Source: Neoechinorhynchus agilis (taxonomy: Eukaryota > Animalia > Acanthocephala). From it: DNA of 64,000 nt. Shown in pieces: positions 24,782-36,194 of this stretch; the first letter of the stretch is position 1, and each line of letters starts with the position of its first letter. The translations under genes were made by a program, and so were the position numbers. The DNA is taken from positions 15,292,784 to 15,356,783 of the forward strand of contig CM121341.1 of assembly GCA_051530055.1 (NCBI GenBank). The letters are read 5' to 3'. The notes under the pieces were generated by a model. That model did not search any database. It saw only the letters and a program-made list of their open reading frames with translations, and had not been told where the DNA came from.

Positions 24782-26585
24782 ATGGCAATCTTACTTCATT
24801 TTAAAGGAGGAACCTACTTCTTTATTCTATGCCATATTTGCCTATACTATCAATCTCAAGCCACTGTCTATGAACGGTGTAATGTGTTCAAAGAAATGGA
24901 GTGTGATTGCAACCTAAAGACAGTCAGATGTGCTGTCACCGCGCCAATGCAACAAAATCTCGCTGTCGTCTCAAGTAATTTCTATCGACGATTTTCAACT
25001 GTGTTTTTCCGGTTTGAACACGACCAAATCATTGCTCCAGCCTACTTCTTCTGGAATCTCAAGCACGTCCTCGCAGACCCTCAATCGTTTAATGTGAGCA
25101 CTCGAAGAAAAAGAAACCTCAAAGTCTATATTACTTACAAAGACTATTCTGAACTTTCTCTCAATGATTATACGTTCATGAACATGTTCGACCATGAAGC
25201 ACTCAATGAGCTCCAAACTCATCTTTACATTGAACTCTATTCACGGAAGTCTCAGCAACTGACCAAAGTCCGTCCGAACGCTTTTGTGAATCTCAAAGTC
25301 AATATCTTGGAGATTTCGTGTAACTCTAAAGTGTTTGAAATAGAACCCTCATTTGAGAGTTTGTTCAATCAATCAACGATAGGTATCCTTAAAACGGAAG
25401 GATTCCAGTTCAAAACAAGTGAAATGCCAGTTTCATTCAGTGGTAAAGTGAGGAGAATCGAAGTGACCAAACAAGTGGCTGTGATTGATTCTAAAGAGTT
25501 TCGACCATATCCGTTTGTACCCCAACACGTGATTCGAGCGCACAATGCCCGGAGAATCAACGGCTCCTCATTTTCAAAGTACACAAACCTCGTTGGTCTA
25601 GAAGTTAGCAGTGGAGAAATGTGGATATCGGGCCGGGTTTTGTCAAGATTTAGAAATTTGAATGAGCTTTACCTCAACGTGGAGGTTATAGAGACGGCAG
25701 TGGATCTTAGCGGGGGAGTTACCGTTTTTGCAAAGATGCACTGCAATAGAATTTGGCGCACTTGCTTACATTGCAGACAAAGTCCGTGTCCTTGCTTTAG
25801 GAGACCTCGTGAAGATGCTCGATTCCCAATCGTTGCGAAGTCTGCAAAACCTTCGAACGCTTGATCTTTCCAAAATGACCTTCATAAGTCTGAGTTACGA
25901 GAGTAGATGCTCGTTGCTGAGTTATACGATTCGCAGTCCAAAAGTGAGAGTCATTCTACCAAGTCACGAAGGACAATGTGAGTGTCATTTGATTGTAATG
26001 TATCATTCTAGGAAGCGCTATCTCAAGAGATGCAAGCGTACTCGATGCGTTTTCAAACATTGTCCGGACGCGGACTGGTATTTTAATAGTAAATTGAAAA
26101 AACTGCCACGTAAGAGAATAGATAGGCCACTTGTACTTGATATTGCCGATACGCAAAGATATGCAGCAGCGACGTCGAACTGGACCATTGATGAACATGA
26201 AACTGTCGAGTATAGAACAACCACAGCGACGGTCACCCAACCACCATCATCACCAACACCAACAACAACAACAACAACAAACGAAATAGTGTTGACAACA
26301 ACTTCAAGTTTTCTAATAACAGCCTCAAACATACCTCCTGATTATTTGTTCGACGTGACCACTGCGTTCACAACAGTATCAGAGGTTGCAATCAATCAGT
26401 CAACAAATTACAGTTTAGCTCTTTTGGAAATAGAGCCCATGAAACCTGGGCGAAAATCGAGTCATAGCTCCATTATACTTTTAAGTGTCATTTCAGCATT
26501 TGTATTTTTGTACGCAATCATCTTGATCAATTGCGTTCTTAAGAGAATCAGAAAACAGTATAAGCCAGTGTCAACAGTGCCGTAA
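24782..26585 (+). CDS. Single-pass membrane protein with leucine-rich repeats and a Thr-rich stalk; 58-nt non-canonical interruption
   Basis: Hydrophobic N-terminus with an LRRNT-like C..CDC...VRC, LRR motifs (FRNLNELYL, LQNLRTLDLS), a C-E-C-H cap, poly-T stalk and C-terminal TM segment. The two overlapping ORFs join at 25688-25750. Confidence 0.8.
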
Positions 26586-26941
26586 ATCAATTGAGCATGC
26601 ACAAAATGCCCTGATTGTGATTTGAAGAACGAGCAGGTTTTGTATGTTTTGTTAAATTCAAAAATAGATGCTGCTTCTGGTGTTGGTGATGCCCAATCCT
26701 CATGTGCGGCAAAAATATTCCATGGAAATCGGTATTTTTTTAAACCTTCGCTTATACATAAAAGGTATACTCGTGTTTTTTTTGTTTAGATCGCGAGTGC
26801 CCCCCCCCCATTTTGCTTTGTCATTTCCTAATGAAACTTATGTGGATTATTCTTGAATTAAGCCTAAATTCGTCTGATCGATTAAACATCCCTTAGATAA
26901 GGCAAAATTGTAAAGAAATTAATCATTATTGTTTCAATTTC

Positions 26942-29062
26942 AATTAGCGATATTCACTCAGAAATAGATTTATATTGAAAATTTTTGGCCTTTTCGTTGG
27001 CCTTCTTCAGTCAGATCTACAATTTAAAAGAAACATTATCAATTAGTTTATCCGGTGGGACTCTTAGATTGAGTTTATAGTCAGCTTTGTTGCCAACAAA
27101 AGTACCTGTTTGCTGGATCATGATGGCTTCCATAGTCACTGTGTCGCGTCTTACATCACTCCTCGCAAGAACTTCGACGCCGTCAAAATTGATCTCATGC
27201 CCATTGTCATTGATGTGGGACACTATTGTCGAGCTCACATCAGACTTTTTGATAGCTGCTCTTCTGTGTTCAACAATCCTTCTTTTTAGATTGTTCGTTT
27301 GTCCCACATATGACAGACTGCAATTCGAGCATGGGATCTTATAGACACATCCAGCTGGAAGATCTTCATTCTTCGGTCGGAGTATTCCTTGGAGAGTCCT
27401 GCCCTTCCTACTATACGTAGTGAACACCTTGTCCCTATCGATTCGTTTTATTAGGGTTTCTATTTTAGAGTTCCATTGATCACTGATAAATGGCGTCTCG
27501 ATAAATTGCTTCTTTTCCTCCTGATTGGCTGTTCTCATTACGCGAACATATCGAGCTGCCTTCATACATTTATCAATGTACATCCTTGAATATCCACTCA
27601 CTTTTAGTTTGCTGTAGATCCAATTTAATTCATATTTCAGTAGTACTCATCCGAACAGTACCGAAATGCTCTGATGTACATCGACCTGACTCTTGCCAAT
27701 TTGTATCTGATCGGTTGTGCAGAGATCCATGGGACCACCATATGTGGAACACTTTGCTTCCTATAAACCGATGTCATGAAGCCATTGCCCGGACTGCGTG
27801 TTACTCGTACGTCCAAAAGAGGTAAATTATTATTTTCTTCCTCTTCCATTGTCCATTTTACATTTTGGTGGCACTTATTCAGCTCTTTGACAAGTTGTAT
27901 CGGTGAACTCCTATTGGGATCTGGGATAATGAACGTATCATCCACATATCTTAGCTAGAGATTCACACCATTCAACTTAAATAAGTATTTATCTTCCCAT
28001 GTTCTCATATATAGCTCCGCCAATAATGGGGACAATGGACTTCCCATCGCCAGCCCATCAATCTGGTCAAAATTTTCATCTTCAAACACAAAGTTTGAAT
28101 ATTGTGTACAAAATTGGAGAAGCTGGCGCCAATTAACAGCTGAGATCTTCCATTCTGTACATTTTTCAATCAATAAGTTTGTGGCTAGCTCAATTACCTC
28201 TTTCGCCGGTATATTAGTAAATAATTACGTTACATTTGCTGAAACCATCAGATCAGATTCGTTTGCATTCAGCTTGTTCAATCGATCAATAAAATCTACT
28301 CCCGATTCAACCACATGATTTGACGAGCTGTTTAATAAAACTCGCTAATTTCCTCGATAACTTATAATTATAAGAGTGTGCAGCGATGATCGGTCGCGCT
28401 TTGACGGGCGTTTTGTGGATCTTTGCCAATAAATACATTTTCGGTGTCTTTGCATTCACGGATTGTATTCTTTTATAATCCTCTTCTGGTAGACATTTCT
28501 GTTTCAGCAATTTCAGAAGCAATTTATCGAGACGCCATTCATCAGTGATCAATGGAACTCTAAAATAGAAACCCTGATAAAACGAATCGATGGGGACAAA
28601 GTGTTCACTACGTATAGTAGGAAGGGCAGGACTCTCCAAGGAATACTCCGACCGAAGAATGAAGATCTTCCAGCTGGATGTGTCTATAAGATCCCATGCT
28701 CGAATTGCAGTCTGTCATATGTGGGACAAACGAACAATCTAAAAAGAAGGATTGCTGAACACAGAAGAGCAGCTATCAAAAAGTCTGATGTGAGCTCGGC
28801 AATAGTGTCCCACATCTTTGACGGCGTCTAAGTTCTTGCGAGGAGTGATGTAAGACGCGACACAGTGACTATGGAAGCCATCATGATCCAGCAAACAGGT
28901 ACTTTTGTTGGCAACAAAGCTGACTATAAACTCAATCTACGGGTCCCACCGGATAAACTAATTGATAATGTTTCTTTTAAATTGTAGATCTGACTGAAGA
29001 AGGCCAACGAAAAGGCCGAAAATTTTCAATATAAATCTATTTCTGAGTGAATATCGCTAATT
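26942..29062 (-). mobile_element. Decayed Penelope-like element (RT + GIY-YIG) with inverted terminal pseudo-LTRs
   Basis: PLE RT motifs AKIHK...RPII, DGLAMGSPLSPLLAELYM and YVDDTF; GIY-YIG motif GCVYKIPCSNC...YVGQT. Arms 26942-27513 and 28515-29062 are inverted copies. Confidence 0.9.
28985..29040 (+). ncRNA. Minimal hammerhead ribozyme motif in the Penelope terminal repeat
   Basis: CTGAAGA-A-GGCC-AACGAAAA-GGCC-GAAA-ATTTTC, with TAGAT/ATCTA as a distal stem I. Activity untested. Confidence 0.55.
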
Positions 29063-29102
29063 AATAAATTCTTTTAATTTTTTACCCTATAAACAAACTT
29101 TT

Positions 29103-29193
29103 TTTAACAAGAGCATACATAATTTATAGTTTCTTCGACGCCCCTATTCATCGGCGCAGGCCAAAATGCTAGCCGCATTGCCCCGCTGCACCG
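29103..29193 (-). mobile_element. CRE-like 3' stub
   Basis: Reverse complement of about 5688-5780 (VQRGNAASIL...* plus 3' UTR). Confidence 0.75.
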
Positions 29194-30192
29194 GAAATTG
29201 AAATAAAGCAAAATCCAAAATAAAGATTATCTCGAAATTAACGGGTGAGACTTACAACGACGTATTTTTATTAACCACAATTTCATTTCGGAGTCAACTG
29301 AATAGTATTCAGTGCGAAATAGACCGAGTAAATTTGTTTTGAGCTAAAGGAATCACATTAGTCACTCGAATGGAAGATCAAAATGCAAATGATGTAATCA
29401 CACTTGAGTCTGAAGGTCTCGCCACCAGTTATGAATTAACCAAAACATTAACGAAACCTTAAAAAAAGCAAACGTTTCAGATTCCGAATTTTTTTATAGT
29501 TAATAACCACAAGAGAAATCCTCGAGCCCGGTAGTTTAGTTCTCTCAGATGGCGAACGACCGGAGAAAGTGGCCATTTTCCTTGGTGGTAGGGAAAGTCG
29601 AACAATAAAAGTAAAGCGCCCTCGGTACCTGGAGAAGTACCAAAATACGTTGAATTGGGATTATTTGTGAGGCTCTCGGCTTCTCTACGAATGAGGGAGG
29701 CGGTCACATTCATTTAAAATCGAATAATACTGATATTCTGATCACGGTGAGTGAACCGATTACTGAAAGATCGACTAACGGTCTTTGGAGGACGTGATCT
29801 TATGAGTATAATTTAATTACTAGATCGCAACGAATTTAAAGAACCAACACAAAGAGTTCGAAAAAAATCATTCGAAGCTATCGTTCATGATGTAATGGTC
29901 GAAAGGGCGTATTTAGCGTTCCTCCGTTGCATCAGCCAGACTTATGTTTTGCAAAACGAATGCCATCGGATCGTCCGTAACCTTAATATATTTTTAATAA
30001 TTCAAACAATCTGTTTGAAGCACACTCACCACCTCCCGCCAAATTCCAGCTTTTGCCCTTCCTCGACCGTCGCCATCACGCTGGCAGCATTGTCTCGTTG
30101 TGAAGCGGCTTTTGCTTTAAACATAATTAACTACGGAAGAATTCTTAAAATAACATGTTGGAGAAATTGATCATATATCGGTATTTGCTAAT

Positions 30193-30549
30193 ATGGTTCG
30201 ACGGATTGTTCTTGAATTTGCTGGAGGTGCTGATAGTCTGTTTGATTTCGACTCGCGTACCAACGACATGGATGCTCCATGTAGAGTGTTCGAGAAACAC
30301 CCCGGTCATCGATGTTTTGAATTGGACGTGCCTGATGAAGTGCATCAGGTTGGTGAGTTTCTGGATTGGATGCGACTGAACGTGAAGTGTAAAAGACCGG
30401 ATCTTTTGTTTTCCAACTCTCCTGATCGCTTAAATCCGGGATTTTTGATTGTCATTAACGATGTTGACTGGGAAGTGAACGGTCGATCCAAAGCGGAGTT
30501 AAAAGAAAACGATTGCGTCTTAATTGTGTCAACTGTCCATGGCGGATAA
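30193..30549 (+). CDS. URM1: Ubiquitin-related modifier 1
   Basis: LEFAGGADSLF, RPDLL, PGFLIVINDVDWE and C-terminal STVHGG. About 19 extra codons may be a 45-nt in-frame GT-AG intron. Confidence 0.9.
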   Translation: MVRRIVLEFAGGADSLFDFDSRTNDMDAPCRVFEKHPGHRCFELDVPDEVHQVGEFLDWMRLNVKCKRPDLLFSNSPDRLNPGFLIVINDVDWEVNGRSKAELKENDCVLIVSTVHGG

Positions 30550-30800
30550 GTCTTTTCTTAAATAAATAGATAACAGCGATCTCTGTAGGCTTGGAAGTTA
30601 TCAAAACGATCAAACGTTTTTATTGCCGACTCGCCGTTTCCCATATATTTCAACTAAGATTTCAAGAGTTCTTCGTATACTGGTTAATGACACTAATAAT
30701 AAAAGCGAATCTTTTTGAGCTCGTTTAAATCGAAGTTATATTTTGTTTCAAAAGTTCTCAACTTCTCCTTTTTTCGCCAAATGTTTTATTTCCTTTTTAG

Positions 30801-31360
30801 ATGCGGATATTAAACGTCGCCCGTCTTAACCGTCGCCTCCTTTCAACTGAAATCGCCCAACATCCTTTCAAGCAAGAACTGCCTCCATCTATTCCATATC
30901 CGAGTATTTATGTCCATCGCGGTCAGAGCAAACGGATTCCGGCTAAATATTTGTACGCAGGTGGTCTCGCCTACAGCTTCATTATTTTGTATGGACTCCG
31001 CCAGAATCATTATATAATTGAAGAGGTAAAACGAGAGGAACTTGAGAAAAACGAAGGGCGAATAGGAAACATTTTGTGTAAGTTCGCGGATGCTAAGTGC
31101 CACAAAATGTTCTCAAATGCATTGAACCTGTCTTAAAAGCCGAACAGGATAGATTGTTTCTGAAACATTTGAGACAGTCAAGAGATGAGGAAAACAGAAT
31201 AATGAAGGATGTTCCTGGATGGAAAACAGGAACCTGGAAAGGGGAGCCCGTGTATAAAACAAAGGATTATATGGAAAATCCACATAGCGACTATGTAATG
31301 CCCCATTGTGGATCCACTCAAAGTGAACGTATCGCTCAATATTGGTACACTTATAGGTGA
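30801..31360 (+). CDS. NDUFA13: NADH dehydrogenase 1 alpha subcomplex subunit 13 (GRIM-19)
   Basis: FKQELPP...Y, a TM segment, EGRI, then in another frame IEPVLKAEQDR...EENRIMKDVPGWK. The junction at 31064-31118 is a hairpin. Confidence 0.85.
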
Positions 31361-31500
31361 TAACTCGGATAATATTCATTAGATGAATCTTTTTGTCGAC
31401 ATGAGAGTTATCATCACCCCTTCGCTAATTAGTTTCATCAGCATTTTATACTTTTCTAACTGTGCCTTAATTCTCTCTTTTTGACCCGTTTAGGAGTTTT

Positions 31501-31832
31501 GGTGATCATAATCCCTTCCGGATAAAACGTATTTTTTATCGAATTGATGATTGCGAAGTAGCCTTGCCTTATCAGATAACTAAAATCCTCTTAGATGACT
31601 GATGAGGCAAGGCTAACTCGCGAAATATCTCAATAAAATATGTTTTATCCAGGTGGAGGATTATGATCATAAAAACCCGGATTCATTTTATTCATCCTGA
31701 AAAAATCCCTCAGGATAATAAAGTTCTAGTTGTGGTGATCATAATCCCTTCCGGATAAAACACACTTTTTTATCGAATTGATGATAAAATCCTCTTAGAT
31801 GACTGATGAGGCGACGCTTCTTAGTGATCACC
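31501..31832. repeat. Composite short repeat with GGTGATCA...TGATCACC ends and a hammerhead-like core
   Basis: Direct copies at 31501 and 31734 and an inverted partial copy near 31646-31674; CTGATGA (31599-31605) ... GAAATATC (31622-31629). Confidence 0.6.
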
Positions 31833-31977
31833 AATTCAATAAAAAAAGGCTTTTTTCCATACAATTATGATTAAAACCACTTGAACTCTATCATCCCAAA
31901 CGATTTTCTTTTGATATGCTTTAAATTCTCGCTCAAACTATCCAAAAAGCACATTAGAGTTTCATTTATTATAGTTC

Positions 31978-32110
31978 CAGTTTCAATTAGCGATTTTCGA
32001 TTCAGAAATAGATTTACCTTGAAAATTTTTGGCCTTTCGTTGGCCTGACTAAAGAATGCCAACGAAAAGGCCGAAAATTTTCAATAATCAAAAATCGCTA
32101 ATTGAAACTG
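31978..32110. repeat. Foldback remnant of the Penelope terminal repeat
   Basis: Perfect 20-bp arms CAGTTTCAATTAGCGATTTT / AAAATCGCTAATTGAAACTG enclose an inverted pair of the GGCCAACGAAA(A)GGCC-GAAAATTTTC motif also seen at 26970-27010 and 29000-29030. Confidence 0.8.
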
Positions 32111-32309
32111 AAATTAGAGTTTCAGTTGTTCACCCTGTGCATTGAAACTAATCAAATCGATGATTAAATGAATCTTGAAATGTTTTATCGTTAGAAGAAG
32201 TTTTCCTAAAAGCTACCTACAAAGCGCCCGTCTTTGTATAAAACATAATTTAGATGGTCAAATATATTTGTTTGTACAAAACCGGACAAGCGAAACACAC
32301 GAAACCGTT

Positions 32310-35126
32310 TCATTGGCGTTTTGAATGACGATCACGCCGCATGTTTTCCAAGTGTTCATCTGCAAGTCTTCTTTTCCTAGTAATTGAATTGTCGAGTCCT
32401 CGGCGTGAAATTCGTGTTTCAGTTCGATGTCGCCTCGAATTTGCTTGCGGTTTTATATCATCTTTTTTGCTTTGTGATTCGGGAAACAATATAGGAGATA
32501 TTTTTACTCTACCACACGTTGGTGGTAAGAAATCCTTTTTTTCCGCTTCATGTTTTTCGTTTGGTTGCAAAGGCTGGTCTTGCTTACACTGATTGGCTGC
32601 TTGTTTCACAACAACTGATTGTAGCTTCGGTCTTCGACTACTACTGACTGATCGTCGTTTTTCGCGTGAAATTGAACGCGTCGGTACTCTTTGACTTCGT
32701 TCGTTAAAGCGTCCATAAGACGATACGTTTGTTCTCATTCGTGATGGGCGATGTCTTATTGGTGATCTTCGACGATTGAACTCTAACGGCCTACGTGGAG
32801 GTGAATTTCGTCTTCTGATCGATGTTGTCGACGACAAGGTCCTGCTGATAGATTCACGTTTCCGAATCGATGATCTTCGAGGACTTGGAGGTGAAAAGCG
32901 GAAGTTTCGTCTTTGTGATCGAGATCGTCGGATCCTTTTGATATTCAAATCACGAATAGGCGACCTACGCTTGCGCATTACTGGTGATCGACGGATTCTT
33001 CGGTAAAAAGGTTCACGAGTTCGTGATCTACGTCTTCGTAGGGGTGGCGATGGTGACCGTCGAACTATACGAGTTGGATTTTCAAGAGTTCGTGATCTAC
33101 GTCTTCGCAGTGGCAGCGGTGGTGACCGTCGAACTATACGAGTTGGAGTTTCAAGAGTCCGCGATCGACGTCTTCGTAGGGGCGGCGATGGTGACCGTCG
33201 AACTATACGACTTGAATTTTCAAGAGTCCGCGATCGACGTCTTATTGGTGATGATCTCCGCAGTTTTCGGTTAGGGGACTTGCTATTTGGCGATGAACGA
33301 CGTCTTCGTCTAACCGATCGACTTCGTCGTATTCGAATGGAACTTTCAATCGACCTACGTCCTCCAACGACTGATTTCTCTTTAGCTGGCGACTTGTTTC
33401 GTGTTTGTTTTACAGCATCCCTGATACGATCTTTGCTAGTAGTTTTTGTCCGTTCTCTTTTCATAGACACAGATCGCCCATTAGCATCCAAAGAACTTTT
33501 ACTATTGGAACGTCTTCTTTTTAGATCTGAATGTCTAGAGGTCCTTGTGACCATTATTGATGCCGACCGGCGTCTTGATCTTCTTCGATAACTGGACCGT
33601 CTTCTCGAATAACGCCTCGGTGAACGTCTTCTTGAGGGACGGTACGCCTCACTATTATATTCCAGGAAGCTCATTAATGTTTCAACGACCGTCCCCATTC
33701 CAGGCGATTTTGTACCCGCCTTAAAGTCCTTTAGCACTTTCATGATGAGTTTTTGTTGTTGAAACTGTCTTTTGGTGAGTTTCTGAGGAACAGTAACGGT
33801 CGACAAGATGAGAGAGTATAGTTCATCCACATCAATGCCACTGTTTCCTTGGATGAGTTGTCTTAACACTCCGGCCATTTGATCGATTTGGTCTTGATAA
33901 GCGCTAAGATCGGGCATTTCCACTGTCCTTGACTCTTCTCCATCATCTGAAATCGTCCGCTGCGGCAGCACCTTACTCGGACCTTTCCACGTTTCATCGA
34001 TCCAATCAGTTTCTAGTTGTTTGTAATCATTAATAATGGCCCGTGCAATCACATTCGGTTCCATATCTTCCACGTCTTTCTCCTTAGTTCCACAATCTGG
34101 ACAGGAACCATGGGTTATAATGTGTCTATGAAGACATGTTCTGCAATACGTGGCACCACAGCAGTTCATCATTGTAGCCAAATCCATTAGCTGCCAACAC
34201 ATTCCACATCCTAATTCCATGAGATCTTCTGGTCGTTCATCTTCGTCATCAGATTCACGATCTTGTCTTCGTTTTGTCGGATGAAATATAACCTCGGCTT
34301 CACGTCTCGGAATGGCGTAGGCGCCGTATGTGGTCATATAACAACCAGGCACGAAATTCTTGAGTTCAATTAGTTCACTGCGTGGAATTCCAGTTGCCCG
34401 TTTGATCTCGTTGATCGGTGGTATAGATTTTGGTAGAAGTTCGTTGTTCATCATCGGTTCCAAAATCATCGGACACAAATGCTTAAAATGACCCGGACGA
34501 TTACATCGGTGGCAAACATATGAACCGCTCGGAACTGCAGCACTCGACGAAATCTTTGAAGAAGACGCGTTCTGTTGAAGACGAAACCTCAAATTCGCTG
34601 TAGCGTTCAAAATCTCTTCGTTTCCTGGTTGAGCGGCTAAACTGTGAGGATTCACTGGTTCTTCTTTTTTTCGTGGATATCTCGTCTCACAAACAGCACG
34701 ATCGCCCAAACTGTGCTTCTCCAATGCTGTAGCCCAAAACTTATTGCCGGCTTGTGCATCCAAGTATTTCTTATAAGTCTCACTCATTTCATTGTTATTG
34801 ATGTCAATCACAATAGGTTCAATTTGTATCAAAGGTTCAATCTTTTTCTTGGGTCGAAGTATACGAACGAGTAGACTACCTTCTTTGGCCGGTTTACGGA
34901 TTATCGTAACCCGAGAACCTGCTTTAAGAGATTCCTTGTGGCTTACATACGTGTATTTCGATTCCGTATCAGTAACAAACAGTTCAATGGTTGTCGCAAA
35001 GTCAGTGAGTTCTTGCTTGATCAATACACGCCTTTTGAACTCGTGCAGATTGAGTTCGTCACCGTCGAAGGATATCGTGTCCCAGTTGTTATCAGCCACA
35101 AACTTGTAAGTGATTATTGAGCTCAT
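32310..35126 (-). CDS. RBBP6: RBBP6/Mpe1-like E3 ligase (DWNN, zinc knuckle, RING, RS-rich tail), single exon
   Basis: N-terminal ITYKF...DTISFDG (DWNN), YVCHRCNRPGHFKHLCP, RING CGMC...CCGATYCRTC...CPDC. The RS region has three to four internal RRSPSPPLRRRRSRTLE repeats. Confidence 0.9.
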   Translation of the reverse strand: MSSIITYKFVADNNWDTISFDGDELNLHEFKRRVLIKQELTDFATTIELFVTDTESKYTYVSHKESLKAGSRVTIIRKPAKEGSLLVRILRPKKKIEPLIQIEPIVIDINNNEMSETYKKYLDAQAGNKFWATALEKHSLGDRAVCETRYPRKKEEPVNPHSLAAQPGNEEILNATANLRFRLQQNASSSKISSSAAVPSGSYVCHRCNRPGHFKHLCPMILEPMMNNELLPKSIPPINEIKRATGIPRSELIELKNFVPGCYMTTYGAYAIPRREAEVIFHPTKRRQDRESDDEDERPEDLMELGCGMCWQLMDLATMMNCCGATYCRTCLHRHIITHGSCPDCGTKEKDVEDMEPNVIARAIINDYKQLETDWIDETWKGPSKVLPQRTISDDGEESRTVEMPDLSAYQDQIDQMAGVLRQLIQGNSGIDVDELYSLILSTVTVPQKLTKRQFQQQKLIMKVLKDFKAGTKSPGMGTVVETLMSFLEYNSEAYRPSRRRSPRRYSRRRSSYRRRSRRRSASIMVTRTSRHSDLKRRRSNSKSSLDANGRSVSMKRERTKTTSKDRIRDAVKQTRNKSPAKEKSVVGGRRSIESSIRIRRSRSVRRRRRSSPNSKSPNRKLRRSSPIRRRSRTLENSSRIVRRSPSPPLRRRRSRTLETPTRIVRRSPPLPLRRRRSRTLENPTRIVRRSPSPPLRRRRSRTREPFYRRIRRSPVMRKRRSPIRDLNIKRIRRSRSQRRNFRFSPPSPRRSSIRKRESISRTLSSTTSIRRRNSPPRRPLEFNRRRSPIRHRPSRMRTNVSSYGRFNERSQRVPTRSISREKRRSVSSSRRPKLQSVVVKQAANQCKQDQPLQPNEKHEAEKKDFLPPTCGRVKISPILFPESQSKKDDIKPQANSRRHRTETRISRRGLDNSITRKRRLADEHLENMRRDRHSKRQ

Positions 35127-35235
35127 CTCTATAATGGAACGAAATCTAGAGTATCGCTTTTTTTTAAATTGGCCGATTAAAAAACAGTCGAATTTCAGTT
35201 GCTTTATCGAATGGCGAAAAAAAGAGTTTTAAATG

Positions 35236-35794
35236 TGACGTCAGCGTAATAACGAGTTAGCAACAAAAAGTTCTCGTACCACGAAGTTTGCGCTTCCAAT
35301 CAAAATATACGATTCTTTCGTATAAACTGTATATGACGTGGCGCAACTTTTGATTGGTTCACTTGTTCTGATTACGTAATCAACGCAAAAAGCGATCAAT
35401 GTAATTATTAAGGTGGGGTAAGCGTTCAAAAACCGGTAATCAAGAAAAATCAAGGCGCTGGATTGAAATAAAATTACATCACGAATTTTCCACGTCGCTT
35501 TCGATTAAAGTTTAATGGCCGTTGTCGTCACTGCGGAAAAAAAGACGGAAGAACTTAAAAAATAAATTTGCACATCAATTGACGTCATAAAAGAAGGCAT
35601 GTACGGATGATTAAGGCAAAAATGCGTTTGAGTAAATCTGACAGAAAAACCCCCATAGATTGAGCGAGGCATTGTTCATTGTGATTTTCTCTCATTTTTA
35701 CAAAATAAACGAGCACGTACACATTGATTCTTCCGTGCATATTATCCCTTAAGGTGCAACAAAAGCTTCGCCAATTAGGAATCACGTGACGTCA
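35236..35794. promoter_or_regulatory. Divergent RBBP6/MYST intergenic region with three perfect CRE/ATF palindromes
   Basis: TGACGTCA at 35236-35243, 35580-35587 and 35787-35794; the last overlaps a CACGTG E-box. Confidence 0.45.
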
Positions 35795-36194
35795 CGCTCG
35801 ATGGCTAAGAAAACATTTACGTATGTATCTGTGTTATTATTCGTATTTCGTATTTACGCTAAGGAATTAGTACCGCCTAAAGATTGTAGTGTCTTAGACA
35901 TACGAGGTAGATAGAAATTAGCTCTGAATTAGAACCGACTAAGAAAACTGTGATTAGGTTGTCATGGCAACGGTTCATGTGCATTAGTATGACGTTGTGT
36001 GTGCGGAAGCGCGCGTGGACATGAGAGGTGCTCTCGTCAGTGGTGGTGCCTTGTTCGCTTTTCGTGTGTGTGTGGGTATTTTAACAGGGAAAACCAAAAA
36101 CGGATGCTGGAGTCGAAATTCGTTCAACGCGTGTGTGTGAAAGGGAGATTTACGTTCTCTTTTTTACAAAGTTCTCGATTTTGAGATAGATTCG

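Noticed and set aside
30238-30312. URM1 has about 19 extra codons containing an ACATGGA/TCCATGT hairpin, a possible member of the hairpin-insert class
   Set aside because: It is in frame, has no direct repeat, and a plausible 45-nt GT...TAG intron accounts for most of it.
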